From Octopus sinensis (taxonomy: Eukaryota), in contig NC_042998.1 of NCBI RefSeq assembly GCF_006345805.1, forward strand, positions 129,022,001-129,086,000: a stretch of 64,000 nucleotides of DNA. Direction: 5' to 3'. The notes under the pieces were generated by a model. That model saw only the letters and a program-made list of their open reading frames with translations. It ran no database searches and was not told the origin of the DNA. The translations under genes were made by a program, and so were the position numbers. This document shows, piece after piece, positions 26,015 through 40,111 of this stretch (the stretch's first letter is position 1; every line of letters begins with the position of its first letter).

Positions 26015-26237
26015 AAGGCAGCGATCTGGCAGAATTGTTAACACGCCGGGCAAAATGCTTAGCAGTATTTCGTCCGTCTTCACGTTCTGAGTTCAAATTC
26101 CGCCGAGTTCGACTTTACCTTTCATCCTTTCGGGTTTGATAAAATAAGTACCAGTTGAGCATTGGAGTCGTCGATGTAAACGACTCATCTCTTCCCCCGA
26201 AATTGCTGGCTATGTGCCAAAATTTGAAATCAGTATT
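26015..26237 (+). mobile_element. SINE family A
   Basis: ggcagcgatctggcagaattgttaac...tgtgccaaaatttgaaatcagtatt. Confidence 0.85.
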
Positions 26238-26684
26238 ATTCCCGGCGTTACTGTCAAAATGCAAAGAGCCAGAGAAGAAATAGCAAGGGATTAACCCCCG
26301 CCCCCACCCGACACTCATAATCCTACTAATCCTGCCAATCCATAGTACTGGACTAATATAGTGTTTTTCAAATCAGAAACGAAAAAAATCAGAGAACAAG
26401 AATTAATAATACCTCAAGGCATTTCATCCGATGCTGAAACGACTTGTTACATTACTGTATATAGCAAAGTCAATAATAACAACAATGATTTCTAACATTG
26501 GCGCAGTCGATTTTATTGACCCTTGTGCTTGCTTGGTAATTACTTTATCGATCCCAGAAGGATGAAAGACAGCAAAGTCAACTTCAATGGTATGATAATG
26601 AACAGTAATTAAAACTGAGATTTTCACCTCGTGTATGTGTGTATGTATGGTATGATATGGTATGTATGTTTGTATGTGTGTGTG

Positions 26685-26723
<39 letters not shown>

Positions 26724-26996
26724 TTATATATATGGATATGTACAAATGGATATATATGGATATGTTTTACTTGTTCTATTCATTGGACCATAGCGATGCG
26801 GGGCACGGTCTTGAAGGATTTAGTCGAACAAATCGACCCCAGTACTTATTACATCTTGCATTTATTCTCTCGGTCTCTTTTGCGAAAGGCTAAGTTACTG
26901 GGACGTAAACGAATTAACATCGATTGTCATGGGGTCACAAACACTCAGACATATAAGGAGAGAGAGAACGTGTGAGAAAGGTTCACAAACATGTAC

Positions 26997-27077
<81 letters not shown>

Positions 27078-28184
27078 CATACCGCCCTCCCTTCCTCCCT
27101 CTACGATGACCCCCCCTCACTCTCGCACGTTCATTATTGACTATTCTTGATCGAGCAGTCTAGCAATCGTTCCTGCTTTGTAAAGACCATGCGCAAATAT
27201 GTATTAAATATTTTCAACAATGATATATACAGTCTAACATGTAAAGACTATGTATACAACCTTTCTCAGCTTGTAAATCATTTACAAATAATCGCTGATG
27301 AAATCTTTGTTACACTCTGGTACGTATTTTTTTAATATGCCTAAACATGTTAACTGGATACTGGGTACTGACGGTAGGCATTTTAATTCTAAATAACCAG
27401 ATATTGTGTTTAAATATTTCTCTTTTGTAGTTAGTTAATCAAACTAAACTTGATATTTTTCATTTTCATTGAGCATTCTTGCTAATCGTTTTACTTGATA
27501 GACTAATGGATATCTACACATTCACAAACACAAGCAGACAACACCTATACAGGAATAATCACACAATCTGAATAAATACGTACAAACAGATATATATATA
27601 TAAGATGTATCATTCACACGCATTTTAATCTTAAAACTATAGGTAAGATATGAACGAGGTTTGCTTAGAAAAAAACCCAAGTTCTTCTAATATGACGATG
27701 AAGATGATAACGACGACGACGACTAGGATGATACATTGATGACGGTAATGATATTGTATGGGGTGTTGTTGTTGGTGGTGGATTAGGAAAATATCACGCC
27801 CCTAAGAAATTATTATCAAGTATTTTCTATCTAAAAGATGTCTTTGTTATCAAACGCTTTTCCTCTTGGGAATGAATATATATACACATATATATCTCCA
27901 GGCGTTCAACTACAGAATCGTGCCGCTATTTCGGTCGAGATCATTGTTGTTTTCGATTGTTCGTTCTCTGAAGAGAAGGAAAATAAAATATATAATTTAC
28001 AAATATGTACACATATGCTTACTTACGTGCGTGCGCTCATTATACGGACTTACATTTACACTCAGACACACTTTATTACAAACATGTTCAGAACATACAA
28101 ACATAACACATGCACACGCAAGCACGCCAGCACGCACACACGTATATTTACATATCCATATATAAATGCGTGTATGTATGCCAG

Positions 28185-28247
<63 letters not shown>

Positions 28248-28568
28248 ATATATATATATATAAATAAGTATATATATATACGTATGCCTGTTATAAAGGA
28301 AGAAATGATGTGTGAAAGATGACAAACAAAAATGTAACTAGAAACTTCCCCCCCTAAAACAACAACTAAAAGCAATAACAAAAACAAAGAGAAAGCAAAG
28401 TGTATATATATATATGTGTGTGTTGTGTGTGTGTGCGTGTATGTGTATGCATATATATATATTATATATATATATAATATATATATATTATATATATATA
28501 TATGTGTGTATGTATATATATGTATTTGTATATATGTATATATAAGTATGTATGTATATATATATATA

Positions 28569-28618
<50 letters not shown>

Positions 28619-29367
28619 ATATATATATACACGAAATAGTGAAATATGAATAAATGATATGCATAAAATAAAACATGCATAAATCGAAAACTGGAAAAAT
28701 GGAAAAAGAAAAAAAAAGAAATGAAATTTCCCAAATTTCATCTCATTATTGAATTTTCTTCATTTATTCATTATTCCGTTTATACAGTCGTTCTTATTTG
28801 ATATTTTTATTCTTTCATTCTCCTTATCTTTTTGTTTCTCTCCCGTGTTTCTCTTCCCTTTTTCTCCCTGTCTTCTTTTCTCTTTAATGTTTCTCACTTA
28901 TATTTCTGCTTCCTCAAGTAGTTAGCATAAAACGTTAGAGGTTTATTTCGCAAAGAAAACTGTTTTCGCCTTGTTTTCCTTTTTGTTTTTGCTGGCTTCA
29001 TTCATCAGCGTGTGATCATGCTGGGCTACCAATTTCATGAGTATAGTCGATTATATAGACTCCCTCTCTGTTTGTAACCGGCATTATTTTATTGATCTCG
29101 GAAAGATGTGAGGAGAAAATTAACACGGGTGAGATTTGAACTTAAAATCTAAAGCAACTTTACCAAATACAATAATGTTTACTATCTAAAACTCCATCAC
29201 TCTATACTTGTCAGAATTTATTTAAAGGAAAAGTACAGTTGGTCGACCTGATCCTCGTTCCTAACTATTATTTATTATCCACTGACAGCGATTAATATCA
29301 ATAGGGTCCTAGTAAAATTGAAACTCAAGACATTAAATAACTTGAACCAAATACTCTCAAAAAATTA

Positions 29368-29556
29368 GGTGCAGGAGTGGCTGTGTGGTAAGTAGCTTGC
29401 ACGCCAACCACATGGTTCCGGGTTCATTCCCACTGCGTGACACGTTGGGCAGGTGTCTTCTATTATAGCTTCGGGCCGACCAAAGCCTTGTGAGTGGATT
29501 TGGTAGACGGAAACTGAAAGAAGCCCGTCGTATATATGTATATATATATATTATAT

Positions 29557-29646
<90 letters not shown>

Positions 29647-29835
29647 TTGTGTGTCTGTGTTTCTCTCCCCCAACATCGCTTGACAACCGATGCTGGTGTG
29701 TTTACGTCCACGTAACTTAGCAGTTCGGTAAAAGAGACCGATAGAATAAGTACTAGACTTACAAAGAATAAGTCCTGGTATCGATTTGCTCGACTAAAGG
29801 CGGTGCTCCAGCATGGCTGAAACAAGTAAAAGAGT
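29368..29835 (+). mobile_element. SINE family B, complete, with internal (TA)n(TG)n
   Basis: ggtgcaggagtggctgtgtggtaag (A box), gggttcattccc (B box), central microsatellite, tail ...gctccagcatggctgaaacaagtaaaagagta. Confidence 0.9.
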
Positions 29836-30326
29836 ACTTCAGCTTTTGTTAGATCATCCTAGAAGCTTTATCGTTATTAATTTTCTGCAGCTAGCAAATT
29901 TTTGATAGGGAGAAGTATAATCGATCGAGCTATACCAGTATATTACATTCTTCTCAAGCCCTTGGCTCAATGACTAGTCCTAGTTTCCTAGATTTTAAGC
30001 GGATGTCATAAAAATCTCATTCTCAATAGTTGATCAAACTATTGTACAAAGAATCCTACTTCTATATTCCTGAATTGGAGAAATAATATTTGGCTTACCC
30101 ACGTTATTATTTTTTTTCTAATCTTGAAACATTTTACTATCTTCCTGGATATTAGTATATTCGGAACTCCTTCATAACATTCGTGTTTTCTGAACCTTTG
30201 TCATTTATGTTGCTAGGCATTGCAGAAGGGTTTCCTTCTATCGGAATGTGTCGAAATCATGATAAATTACTATCCGATAGACTATGATGGGAATATACCG
30301 TAGCGTTTACAAAGTTGAGATAGTTG

Positions 30327-30371
<45 letters not shown>

Positions 30372-30384
30372 GATAATAATGATG

Positions 30385-30441
<57 letters not shown>

Positions 30442-30499
30442 TTGATGATGATGATGATGAAGACGACGACGATGATAGTAATAAAAATGATGATGGATT

Positions 30500-30556
<57 letters not shown>
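30327..30556. repeat. (TAA)n/(GAT)n microsatellite
   Basis: Direct reading. Confidence 0.95.
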
Positions 30557-30558
<2 letters not shown>

Positions 30559-31714
30559 ATCCATTTACGCAGAAAATAAAGAATGCTGTGTAAAATCTCC
30601 TTAGTTCAATACCGATATGGAAGCATTAAAAAATTTCCATTAATGACGTATAAATGTCTTTCTTTATGGTTTTTGGACAGACCGTTATTTCTAACACCTT
30701 CATATTAAAGGCTTAACAACTATTAAACTAAACGTAACAAGCATTTTCCAGTCGGAGATACGCTATCAGAACTTTCACTTTACGCCATTCCATATATTGA
30801 TTTCTTATATTGGCTAGAGGCCACACATTTATAAGATAGAGGTACAGTCGATTGAATCAAACCCTTAAAATGCGATTCATTTTTTTATCGAACTCAGTAG
30901 GATGAAAGGCTACTTCGGTATCGGTGAGATTGAAATTAGAACGCAAACGGGCTAAGCACAAACACTGTTTTTTTTGACATTTCAAGCACCCTATGGTTTT
31001 TGATACGCCACCACCCTCGATCTGTTACGTGCCAGTGTATCATAATGCTTTTTCTATCGATTTTATACTATTTAGATGAATTTGAACCCTACACCCGCAG
31101 TGCCTATTATCAATGCTGTCAAGCAATTTTTCACGTGCATCGCTTGTACCGATCTATAAATATTTTCACTCATTCATTCATTCATTCAAAATTCCACAAG
31201 ACTGAATCCAAAAGAACAAACGTAAGTCTATAAACAGCGAAATTTCCAACAACAAATGTATGACACTTTCCCATCCACGAATAGCTTTAGTGAAAGTCGC
31301 CATATTGCACTGTTAACTTTGGCAACAAATACACCTTATTAATTACGATATATAATTTCAGATGTCTAAATCAATGGTCTCTGAAGGATTTAGTGTTATT
31401 TTTCCCTCGATGAAAGAGAAACAGTTTAATATCTTTCTTAAAAAGATTAGTTACTAGCGTCATTGTCTTCAGGGTTTGAGAAGACCCATCAAATATTATT
31501 GAAATAATTGCATTTTCAAACAAATTAAAATATACGATTATTTAGCAGCAATAGAGACAACGGCAGCAGCAGCAGTGATAGTAGCAGCAGACTAGGTAAT
31601 ATCAGCAATAAACATAATTTCTTTCCACGAAGTACATCACTTCTTGGAGATAAGATGTGAGTGTGTGTGAGCGCGCTTGTACATACATACATGCATGTGT
31701 ACATACATCCATAC

Positions 31715-31745
<31 letters not shown>

Positions 31746-31916
31746 TGTATGTATGTATGTATGTATGTATGTATGTATGTATGTATGTATATTACTTAAA
31801 CATATTGTAGAAGGACGTTTGTAGTAATGGGAAACTGGAAATAGCAAAATAACAAGAGTGAAGTCTCAGTTTAGAATATATGTATATAAATAAATATATA
31901 TATATATGTATGTATG

Positions 31917-31950
<34 letters not shown>

Positions 31951-31985
31951 TGTTGTATGTATGTATGTATGTATGCATGTATGTA

Positions 31986-32016
<31 letters not shown>

Positions 32017-32017
32017 G

Positions 32018-32244
32018 TTTCTTTACTACCCACAAGGGGCTAAACATAGAGGGGACAAACAAGGACAGACAGACGGATTAAGTCGATTACATCGGCCCCA
32101 GTGCGTAACTGGTACTTAATTTATCGACCCCGAAAGGATGAAAGGCAAAGTCGACCTCGGCGGAATTTGAACTCAGAACGTAGCGACGGGCGAAATACCG
32201 CTAAGCACTTCGCCCGGCGTTCTAACGTCTCTGCCAGCTCGCCG
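32018..32244 (-). mobile_element. SINE family A (long-tail subtype)
   Basis: tttctttactacccacaaggggctaaac...ctgccagctcgccg. Confidence 0.9.
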
Positions 32245-32334
32245 TGTGTGTGTATATATATATATGTGTGTGTGTGTATGTATATATATGCATGTACACA
32301 CACACACACATATTTATATATATATATATATATA

Positions 32335-33502
32335 TTAGGTTGTTCCGAAAATTATAGCCGCTCTGTGTTGTGTTTTGAAATGCAATTCTATCATTGTATT
32401 TTAATTATATTTTAGGTGAATTTCGATATACTTAATAATTGATGTATGCTCTTTAATAATTTGTTATTTACTTCAGACAGAAAACATTCTTGAAGCATAG
32501 CTGCCCTTAATTATGAAGATAACAAAAAAGGACCTTCGCTTACTTTTCTTGCATGAGTTCAAGCTTGGGCATACTGCCTCCCAAACTACTGCCAGTATCA
32601 ACAGAGCATGGGGAGTGGGATCAACAAGTGATCGTACAGTGCGAAGGTGATTTCAGAAATTCCGTAGTGCTGATGAGAGTCTTGAAGAGGAAGAAGGTAG
32701 AGGACGGTCATGTAGTCTTGACAATGAACAACTGAAAGCAATTGTTGAACATAACTCAGGCACTTGGTGTCAGTATTGCAACGGTCTCACGCAATCTGCA
32801 GAAGATTGGTAAGGCGAAAAAGCTCGATAAATGGGTACCGCATGCGCTCAGTGATAATCAAATAGCTTTTGGCGTTTTGAAGTGTGCTCGATGCTCTTTC
32901 TGCGAAGCACCAATGATCCTTTTCTTGACCGAATAGTTACTTGTGACGAAAAGTGGATCCTTTATGATAACCGTAAACGATCAAGTCAATGGCTTGATCG
33001 TGATGCGTCTCCTAAAGAATTCCCTAAGCCAAAGTTGCATCCGCAAAAGATTATGGTGGCTGTCTGTTGGTCTGCAATTGGTGTTGTCCATTACAACCTT
33101 CTGGAAGCCAATCAGACCATTACAGCAAAGGTTTACTGCAATCAACTCGCTGAAATGCATGCTTACATCCAAGGAATGAGATCTGCATTGGTCTTATCAA
33201 TAATTTTGCTCCACGATAATGCAAAGCCATATGTTGCAAGAATGACGCTGCAGAAACTCACAGACCTGGGATACGAGACTTTACTACATTCTCCATATTC
33301 TCCTGATTTTTTACCCACTGACTACCGTGTTTTAAAGCATTTAAATCCGTTTTTAAGTGATAAAACTTTCAGGTGCAAACCAGAGGTGGAATCAGCTTTC
33401 GAAGATTTCTTAGCATCAAAGCTAATAAGTTTTTATCAACGAGGTATAAATAATCTCGTTGATTGATGGCAGATGCATAGATGTTCACGGCTCATACTTT
33501 AA
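32335..33502 (+). mobile_element. Decayed mariner (Hsmar1/SETMAR-like transposase), right TIR lost
   Basis: Left TIR ttaggttgttccgaaaatt; ATG at 32513; KKLDKWVPHAL, FLDRIVTCDEKWILYDN, LLHDNAKP, SPYSPDFLPTDY; stops and frameshifts. Confidence 0.9.
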
Positions 33503-33543
33503 TATATATATATATATATATACTTAATATATATATATATTAT

Positions 33544-33603
<60 letters not shown>

Positions 33604-33648
33604 CCAGTGTGTTTAACGTTCCGCTAATTAATAAATGTAAAAATCCAT

Positions 33649-33810
33649 ACTAAGTGTACAAACGGATGGGAGACAAACACAGAAGGTACCTAATTCTTCA
33701 TCAGTTATCAACCAATTCAGGTGCGAAACTGAGTATTTCTAAACTGGCTGATAACTGACGAAGAGTTAGGAACCTTCTGTATTAGCTTCCCATTTGGTTG
33801 TACACTCAGT
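33649..33810. repeat. Imperfect foldback (~70-bp arms) between (TA)n tracts
   Basis: agtgtaca...acagaaggtacctaattcttcatcagttatca pairs with tgataactgacgaagagttaggaaccttctgt...tgtacact. Confidence 0.8.
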
Positions 33811-33827
33811 TTATTTACCATACATCT

Positions 33828-33870
<43 letters not shown>

Positions 33871-34156
33871 CACAACATATACACGCACATACATGATCAT
33901 AAAGGTTGGGTATTTTATCTTTATAAGATGGAAAAAATGTTCGGTCTTATAAGGGCGAAATGTTCAACGTTTCTCCTGTTTCCACAGCTATTTGGCGTTC
34001 GAAATTTACTTTTATTGTCTGTAAAATACCAAACACATTCGACGCTTTCAAAGTTTGCTTATAATATATATATATATATATATATAAACATAATAAGTAA
34101 TATTAGGGTAATAAGCATTATAGAAATTATCATTACCAGTACCCTAGCACAAAAAG

Positions 34157-34230
34157 GCTACCTACTGATGAAGACTGGCTTCAGTAAATATTTTTTTAAT
34201 ATAATTAGTCAGAAACCATGGTGTAGGAGC
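34157..34230 (+). ncRNA. Type I hammerhead motif, probably inactive (GUG site)
   Basis: GCTaCCTA-CTGATGA-aGACTGG...TTAGTCa-GAAA-CCATGG-TG-TAGGAGC. Confidence 0.6.
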
Positions 34231-35260
34231 TAAATTAGATGGTAAGTATTTTTAATTTTCATTCCTTTCGAGAATTTATCCCTAATTAGTGGTTTGAGTT
34301 TTCTACTGCTCTTTCTAGCACAAGGCTTTCCTATGATGGAAGCCTCTTAATGTGTTTTAATGTACACGATATATATATATATATATATATTGCTATTAAG
34401 TTAGACATGGCCTGGACCAATCTTTGGTCGAAACATATCTAAGTTTTATCTAAGTTTTATATATATATACATACACAGATACATATATATCGTATTAACT
34501 AAACAGTATATCAGTATTTGAAATGATGACAGAATATTAATTGTTCTGGAAATAGCACAATAAGCGGTAATATTGTTCAGTTATCTGAACAAATCTAGTT
34601 CAACTGCCTGAATGGTCTGCAGGGTTGATAGTGTGAATATCAAGGCTGCAGGTTTACTATCCTTGCATTTCTGAGCCGTGGCATTCATCGTGTCCGTTGG
34701 CGGATCGGACGAATGCCACGACCGTGGGAGTCTAGTGAATGCCGTGAGAGATAGATGTGAAGAATTGGGAGATGAGCTAGATAGATAGATAGATAGAGAT
34801 AGACAGATATATAAAGAGTGAGATAGAGATAGATAAGATAGATAGATAGAGAGAGAGAGAGAGAGGAGAGAGATAGAGAGAGAAGAGAGATAGAGAGAGA
34901 AAGAGGGAAAAGTGAGTGAATCAGCTAAGGATACATTAAGAAGTTAACTGACCTCGGTTGATAATTTATATTAATGTTGAGGGGACATTTGAATTTCTTT
35001 GAGCGAATATGTATGTGTGTAATGTATGTATGTATGTATGTATGTATGTATGTATGTATGTATGTATGTATGTATGTATGTATGTATGTGTGAAATGTAT
35101 GTATGAATGTATGTATGAATGTATGTATGAATTTTTGTGATTAGAGTAGCCTTTATTATATATTCAATGTTAAAGACTTTAGATGATCTGGTAACAGTCA
35201 TTAGACTGTCATATAAAACTACTTTCCGCAGGTAAAGGTAATGAAATTTTGACTGGATCC

Positions 35261-35420
35261 TCTTTTACTCTTTAACTTGTTTCAGTCATTTGACTGTGGC
35301 CATTCTGGAGCACCGCCTTTAGTCGAGCAAATCAACCCCAGGACTTATTCTTTGTAAGCCTAGTACGTATTCTATCGGTCAAACACAGACCGATAGAAAC
35401 ACAGACAAACACAGACACAG

Positions 35421-35458
<38 letters not shown>

Positions 35459-35731
35459 ACACACACACACACATACACACACATACACACACACACACAC
35501 ACACACGCACACACACACACACACTCACGCACACACACACACACATACACACACATATACATATATACGACGGGCTTCTTTCAGTTTCCGTCTACCAAAT
35601 CCACTCACAAGGCCTTGGTCGGCCCAAGGCTATAGTAGAAGGCACTTGCCCAAGGTACCACGCAGTGGGACTGAACCCGGAAACATGTGGTTCGTAAGCA
35701 TGCTACATACCACACAGCCACTCCTACGCCT
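35261..35731 (-). mobile_element. SINE family B with internal (CA)n
   Basis: Tail tcttttactctttaacttgtttcagtc; head ...cacacagccactcctacgcc. Confidence 0.9.
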
Positions 35732-35895
35732 ATAATACATCAGATTTCCGCGGTGCGAGAGTTAATAGAACATATCATATCAGTAAAATTTGCCAATGTA
35801 ACCTTATGTTTTTTAATGCATGATATTATTCTATGAATTATTAATTCGAACAACTATTTCTTCGATAAATTTCATCTAGGTAAATTGTTCTAGAT

Positions 35896-36163
35896 CAATA
35901 GTTCCCAAACTTTTTCGGGTTGCTGGTTCTTTAGGACTCGAGCCACATTCCTAACGCTTCCCACCACTCACCACTTTCAGCAGCAAATTCAAAAGAACAG
36001 TATTTCACAAACTAACTTAAACTAATTAACTCTTTATTTTGTTCTTTTTACATACCTTACTCACTTTTAACCACCCCATTATCATCCCACTTTTCTTCAA
36101 CGCTACCCACTGGATCATCCCACCGCTCACAGGGGGAAGTACCGCCTACTTTGGGAGCTACCG
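35896..36163. mobile_element. hAT (Charlie-type) MITE
   Basis: TIRs caatagttcccaaa / tttgggagctaccg; perfect 8-bp target duplication ttctagat at 35888-35895 and 36164-36171. Confidence 0.85.
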
Positions 36164-37121
36164 TTCTAGATAGACTATACTCCGATCAGTTGCCCACATA
36201 AACCTTAAAATTACATAGACAAATTTTTCCGGAAATGAAATGCACTCTTTTTGATATCTCGTTTTTGTAGCCTGAAATTGCTTTCCGATATGAATATTAC
36301 AATAAAATGATAACGATTATAAAATATGACTGAAAGTAGGTGAAACTGATAAAATGATGTATAAATTTAATTATCGTTGTTCTCAAAATGTGCACAAAGA
36401 GTGCAGATTAATTGTTTACGCTATTTGATTTTCGACTGCATTGCTCTAGTTTCGAAGCACACATTTTGAAATGATCAGTTTTTAGAAATATATGAATAAT
36501 TGAAAATCTTCCACGGTTACTTTGGAAGTTAACTCTTAATTGAAGAGTGCAGAGTTTGTTATTCACGCAGCACACCAAGGCCAACCGATAACAGGTGTAT
36601 TAAAAATTAAGGTAAACATCAAACTGTGTGAACGCAGGTTCGACAAATTGCCTTGCGATGAGAGAGGGAGAGAAAGAGAAAGGGGAGAGAGAGAAAGGGA
36701 GAGAGAGAGAAATAGAGAGAGAGTAAGTAAGGTAGAGAGAGAAAGCGATAATAGAGAGAATATATAAATTTACTAACGAGAAGGGAAAAGGGAAAGTGAA
36801 AGTAAAGGAGATAAAAGATTAAAACTGATCAAGGTTGGAGAAAAAAGAAAATGGGCGCAATAGGGGGGGGGACAATAAGAAGAAATAGTGAGAAAGAATA
36901 CAAGAAAGGTTAATATTCTGAAGAGATGTATAGAGGGAGATAGATAGATAGATAGATAGAAAGATAAGAAAGAAAGGGGGAGAGAGAGAGAATGAAAGTG
37001 TGAGAGAGAGTGAGAGAGAGGGGAGAGAGAAAGGAAAAAGGACGATGGAAGAAAGAAGCCAAGAAAGTGGCAACACAATATATGTTGCAGAGTAAACACA
37101 AACACACGTAAAGAGCGACAG

Positions 37122-37188
<67 letters not shown>

Positions 37189-38227
37189 CGAAAAAGAAGG
37201 AGAGAGAAAGAGAGGAGGAAGTGGGGAGGAAAGGAAAGAAACTTTAAGAGATGGTTGAGAAATAATTAGCTAAGTTGCAAGGGAATTGGAAGCAAGTGAA
37301 ATTCATTAGTGGCTCCATAGAAATGGAACCTAAATTAATATTTAAAACGATGGCAGAATATTGTATTTTGGCGTACAGAAGAAAGTTGATCCTTCTTTAT
37401 TTCTAGAAACCTGCGATTATAGAACATAAACTCCCAGGGAGAGGATATTAGAAAATTGCATTGAATACAGAGTATAACTTATCAAGCAGTAAAAATTTCT
37501 AACTGTTACTGCGACGCGTTAAACAAATGATCATCTTTCTAGTTTCTTCGTAGTCAAAATAAAGGATATTTTTCTATTGGTTTCGAAACTGGTTGGGGTA
37601 TCTCTAGAGGCTATGCACTCGCTTTTATGTATTAGAAGTCTTAACATTACAAACATCAGATTCAAATCTGTTTATAATCTAACTGTAAGCTAAGCGAAAA
37701 TGTACCACGCCGTATTAAGTTTTGTTTCATTTCCAAGTTTGATGTTGGTCAACTGTAGATAGAAGGATAAAACAGAGTTAACATATTGAATGGGATGAAG
37801 ATTAAAAAGGTAACTAGGAATAATTATGCAGTTAGAAAAAGACAGCATTGATAGCCATGTCAAAAAGGTTTGGTTGTATTACCAGTCCAGGTCTGTCTGA
37901 TTCATTTCTCGTTATCAGTAATATGTTCTATCAAAAGTGTTCTCATCTCACTGTCCAGTGGCTCACTTCATCTAGTTGTAAGTAGGTTTCACGTAAGCTT
38001 TAACGTGGTCACCGGACCTGTTAAAAATAACAGCTAAATTTCTTTTGAGCCCAATCCAACCACTGTTTTAAGAATAGAAGAACACATTTGAAGATGTAAC
38101 CCTTGATATACTGTGTCTGGAAAAATTGTTTTTACAGAGACAAATTTTGCTTTTCTTCCTGTACTAAAATAGTGAGAAATATCAGTCTACAACCAAATAT
38201 GATGAAGATATTAAATCTTCAAACAGC

Positions 38228-38707
38228 AATGGTTTCTAATTTAGGCACAAAGTCAGCGGTTTTGAAGTGATTATCTGTGTGTGTGTATGTGTATATGTGT
38301 GGGATTTGATCAATCACATCGAACTCAATTTTGAACAGGTACTTTATTCTATCGGCCAATGAAAGGCAAAGCTGATCGCAGCGAAATTTGAACTTAGAAA
38401 GTATAGTGCCAGAATAAAGAACGCTTGGCTTTTTTACCGATGCTCTAATGCTTTTGCCAATCCACCACTTTATAACAATACTGATAATTCTTTCTGATTA
38501 TGGAACAAAGCAAGCGATTTTAGGTGGGAAGTGATGGTTAGTCGCTTAAATCGAACTCAGTGCCCACCTGGATCTTATTTTATCATCCCCAAATGGGATG
38601 AAAGACGATGTCGACTTCGGTAGAATTTGAGCACAGAACGTAAAAAGCCGGAAGAAATACGCTAAGCATTTTATCCGACGCATTAACGATTCTGCTCACT
38701 CACCCCT
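38228..38707 (-). mobile_element. Two tandem, diverged SINE family A copies
   Basis: Two runs of aaggcaaag/gatgaaagac...atttgaact(t/c)agaa...ttaacgattctgc. Confidence 0.7.
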
Positions 38708-39230
38708 TCATCTATACTATAATGGAGAAAACTGCTCATTAATTAGAATGATGTAGCTTTCACTAAAAGAAAGCAATTATTAAAGTGTCTATAGCTTAGA
38801 AAATCTTTAAAAATTAAAATTTTAATATATCTCTATTAAAATGTGGTCTTTTTACAACTAAAAGATTAATTTTAATTGCGAACGTTTTCGAAAAAAAAAA
38901 CATAGCTGCTAGATTGTATTGATAGAATACTCTACTAATTTCTCTGTTTGTCTGTCCGCTGTCTACCAGCCTGACTGTCTGTATGACTTTCTGTCTCTGT
39001 CTCTGTCGGTCTTTCTGTCTGTCTGTATGTCTCTGTCTGTCTCCCCACCTCTTTCTCTCTTGCCCTCTCTCTTTCCATCTCGTATTTTGTTTATATATTT
39101 CAGATAACACCTTTGCTATAACCTCCACTGTTTGTTTTATTGTAGTTCATATGATGAACCGGGATAAAAAAAATATCATTTCCCATCTTTATACATTTGC
39201 AGTTGTGTTTAAAGTTATTAATGCTAAAAT

Positions 39231-39272
<42 letters not shown>

Positions 39273-39719
39273 ATACGCACACGCACACACACTCACACAC
39301 ACAGACACACACATCGACGGGGAAGAAATAATTTATACAATCACCTGTGTTAGAAGCAAGTTTTTCAATATGATTTTTTCCCCAGTATATCCCCAAACAT
39401 TTTTATGATGATTTTTTTTTAAAAAAAAAAGAACAAATAAAAAACAGACATCAGAGATTCTGAGTTTGCAATGTTTTTAATATAAAAGCAATTTTTTTCT
39501 AAATTATAAACTAGTGAACGAAATATATATTATACAATGCAAAATAATACACATATGTTTTAAATGCAGACGAAATTTATATACAAAATAAAATATATTC
39601 ATATATAATTATCATATAAAAAAATATATATAGACTTTGAATGCGACTGTTTCAATTTCAACCAATCGCAATGTTGACACTCAAAACTCTTTCACTGTAA
39701 TTCAAACACGCGTAACTAA

Positions 39720-40111
39720 TGCACGTGCACACACACACACACACACACACGCACGCACGCACGCACACGCACCCATACACATATACACACACACAAGCAA
39801 GCACGCACGCGCGCACACACACACACAGACATGCACACACACCCATACACATTACACACACACACAAGCAAGCACGCACGCGCGCACACACACACACACA
39901 CACGCACACACACCCATACACATATACACACACACAAGCAAGCACACACGCACACACACACACACACACACCCACCCATACACTATTACACACACACAAG
40001 CAAGCACACACGCACACACACACACACGCACACACACCCATACACATATACACACACACAAGCAAGCACGCACGCGCGCACACACACACACACACACAGA
40101 CATACACACAC
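39720..40111. repeat. Compound (CA)-rich minisatellite, ~60-bp unit, about 5 copies
   Basis: Recurring acccatacacatatacacacacacaagcaagcacgcacgcgcg. Confidence 0.85.

Noticed and set aside
39720-40111. Regularly spaced repeats resembling a CRISPR array
   Set aside because: The spacers are (CA)n, not unique sequence; eukaryotic context with no cas genes.
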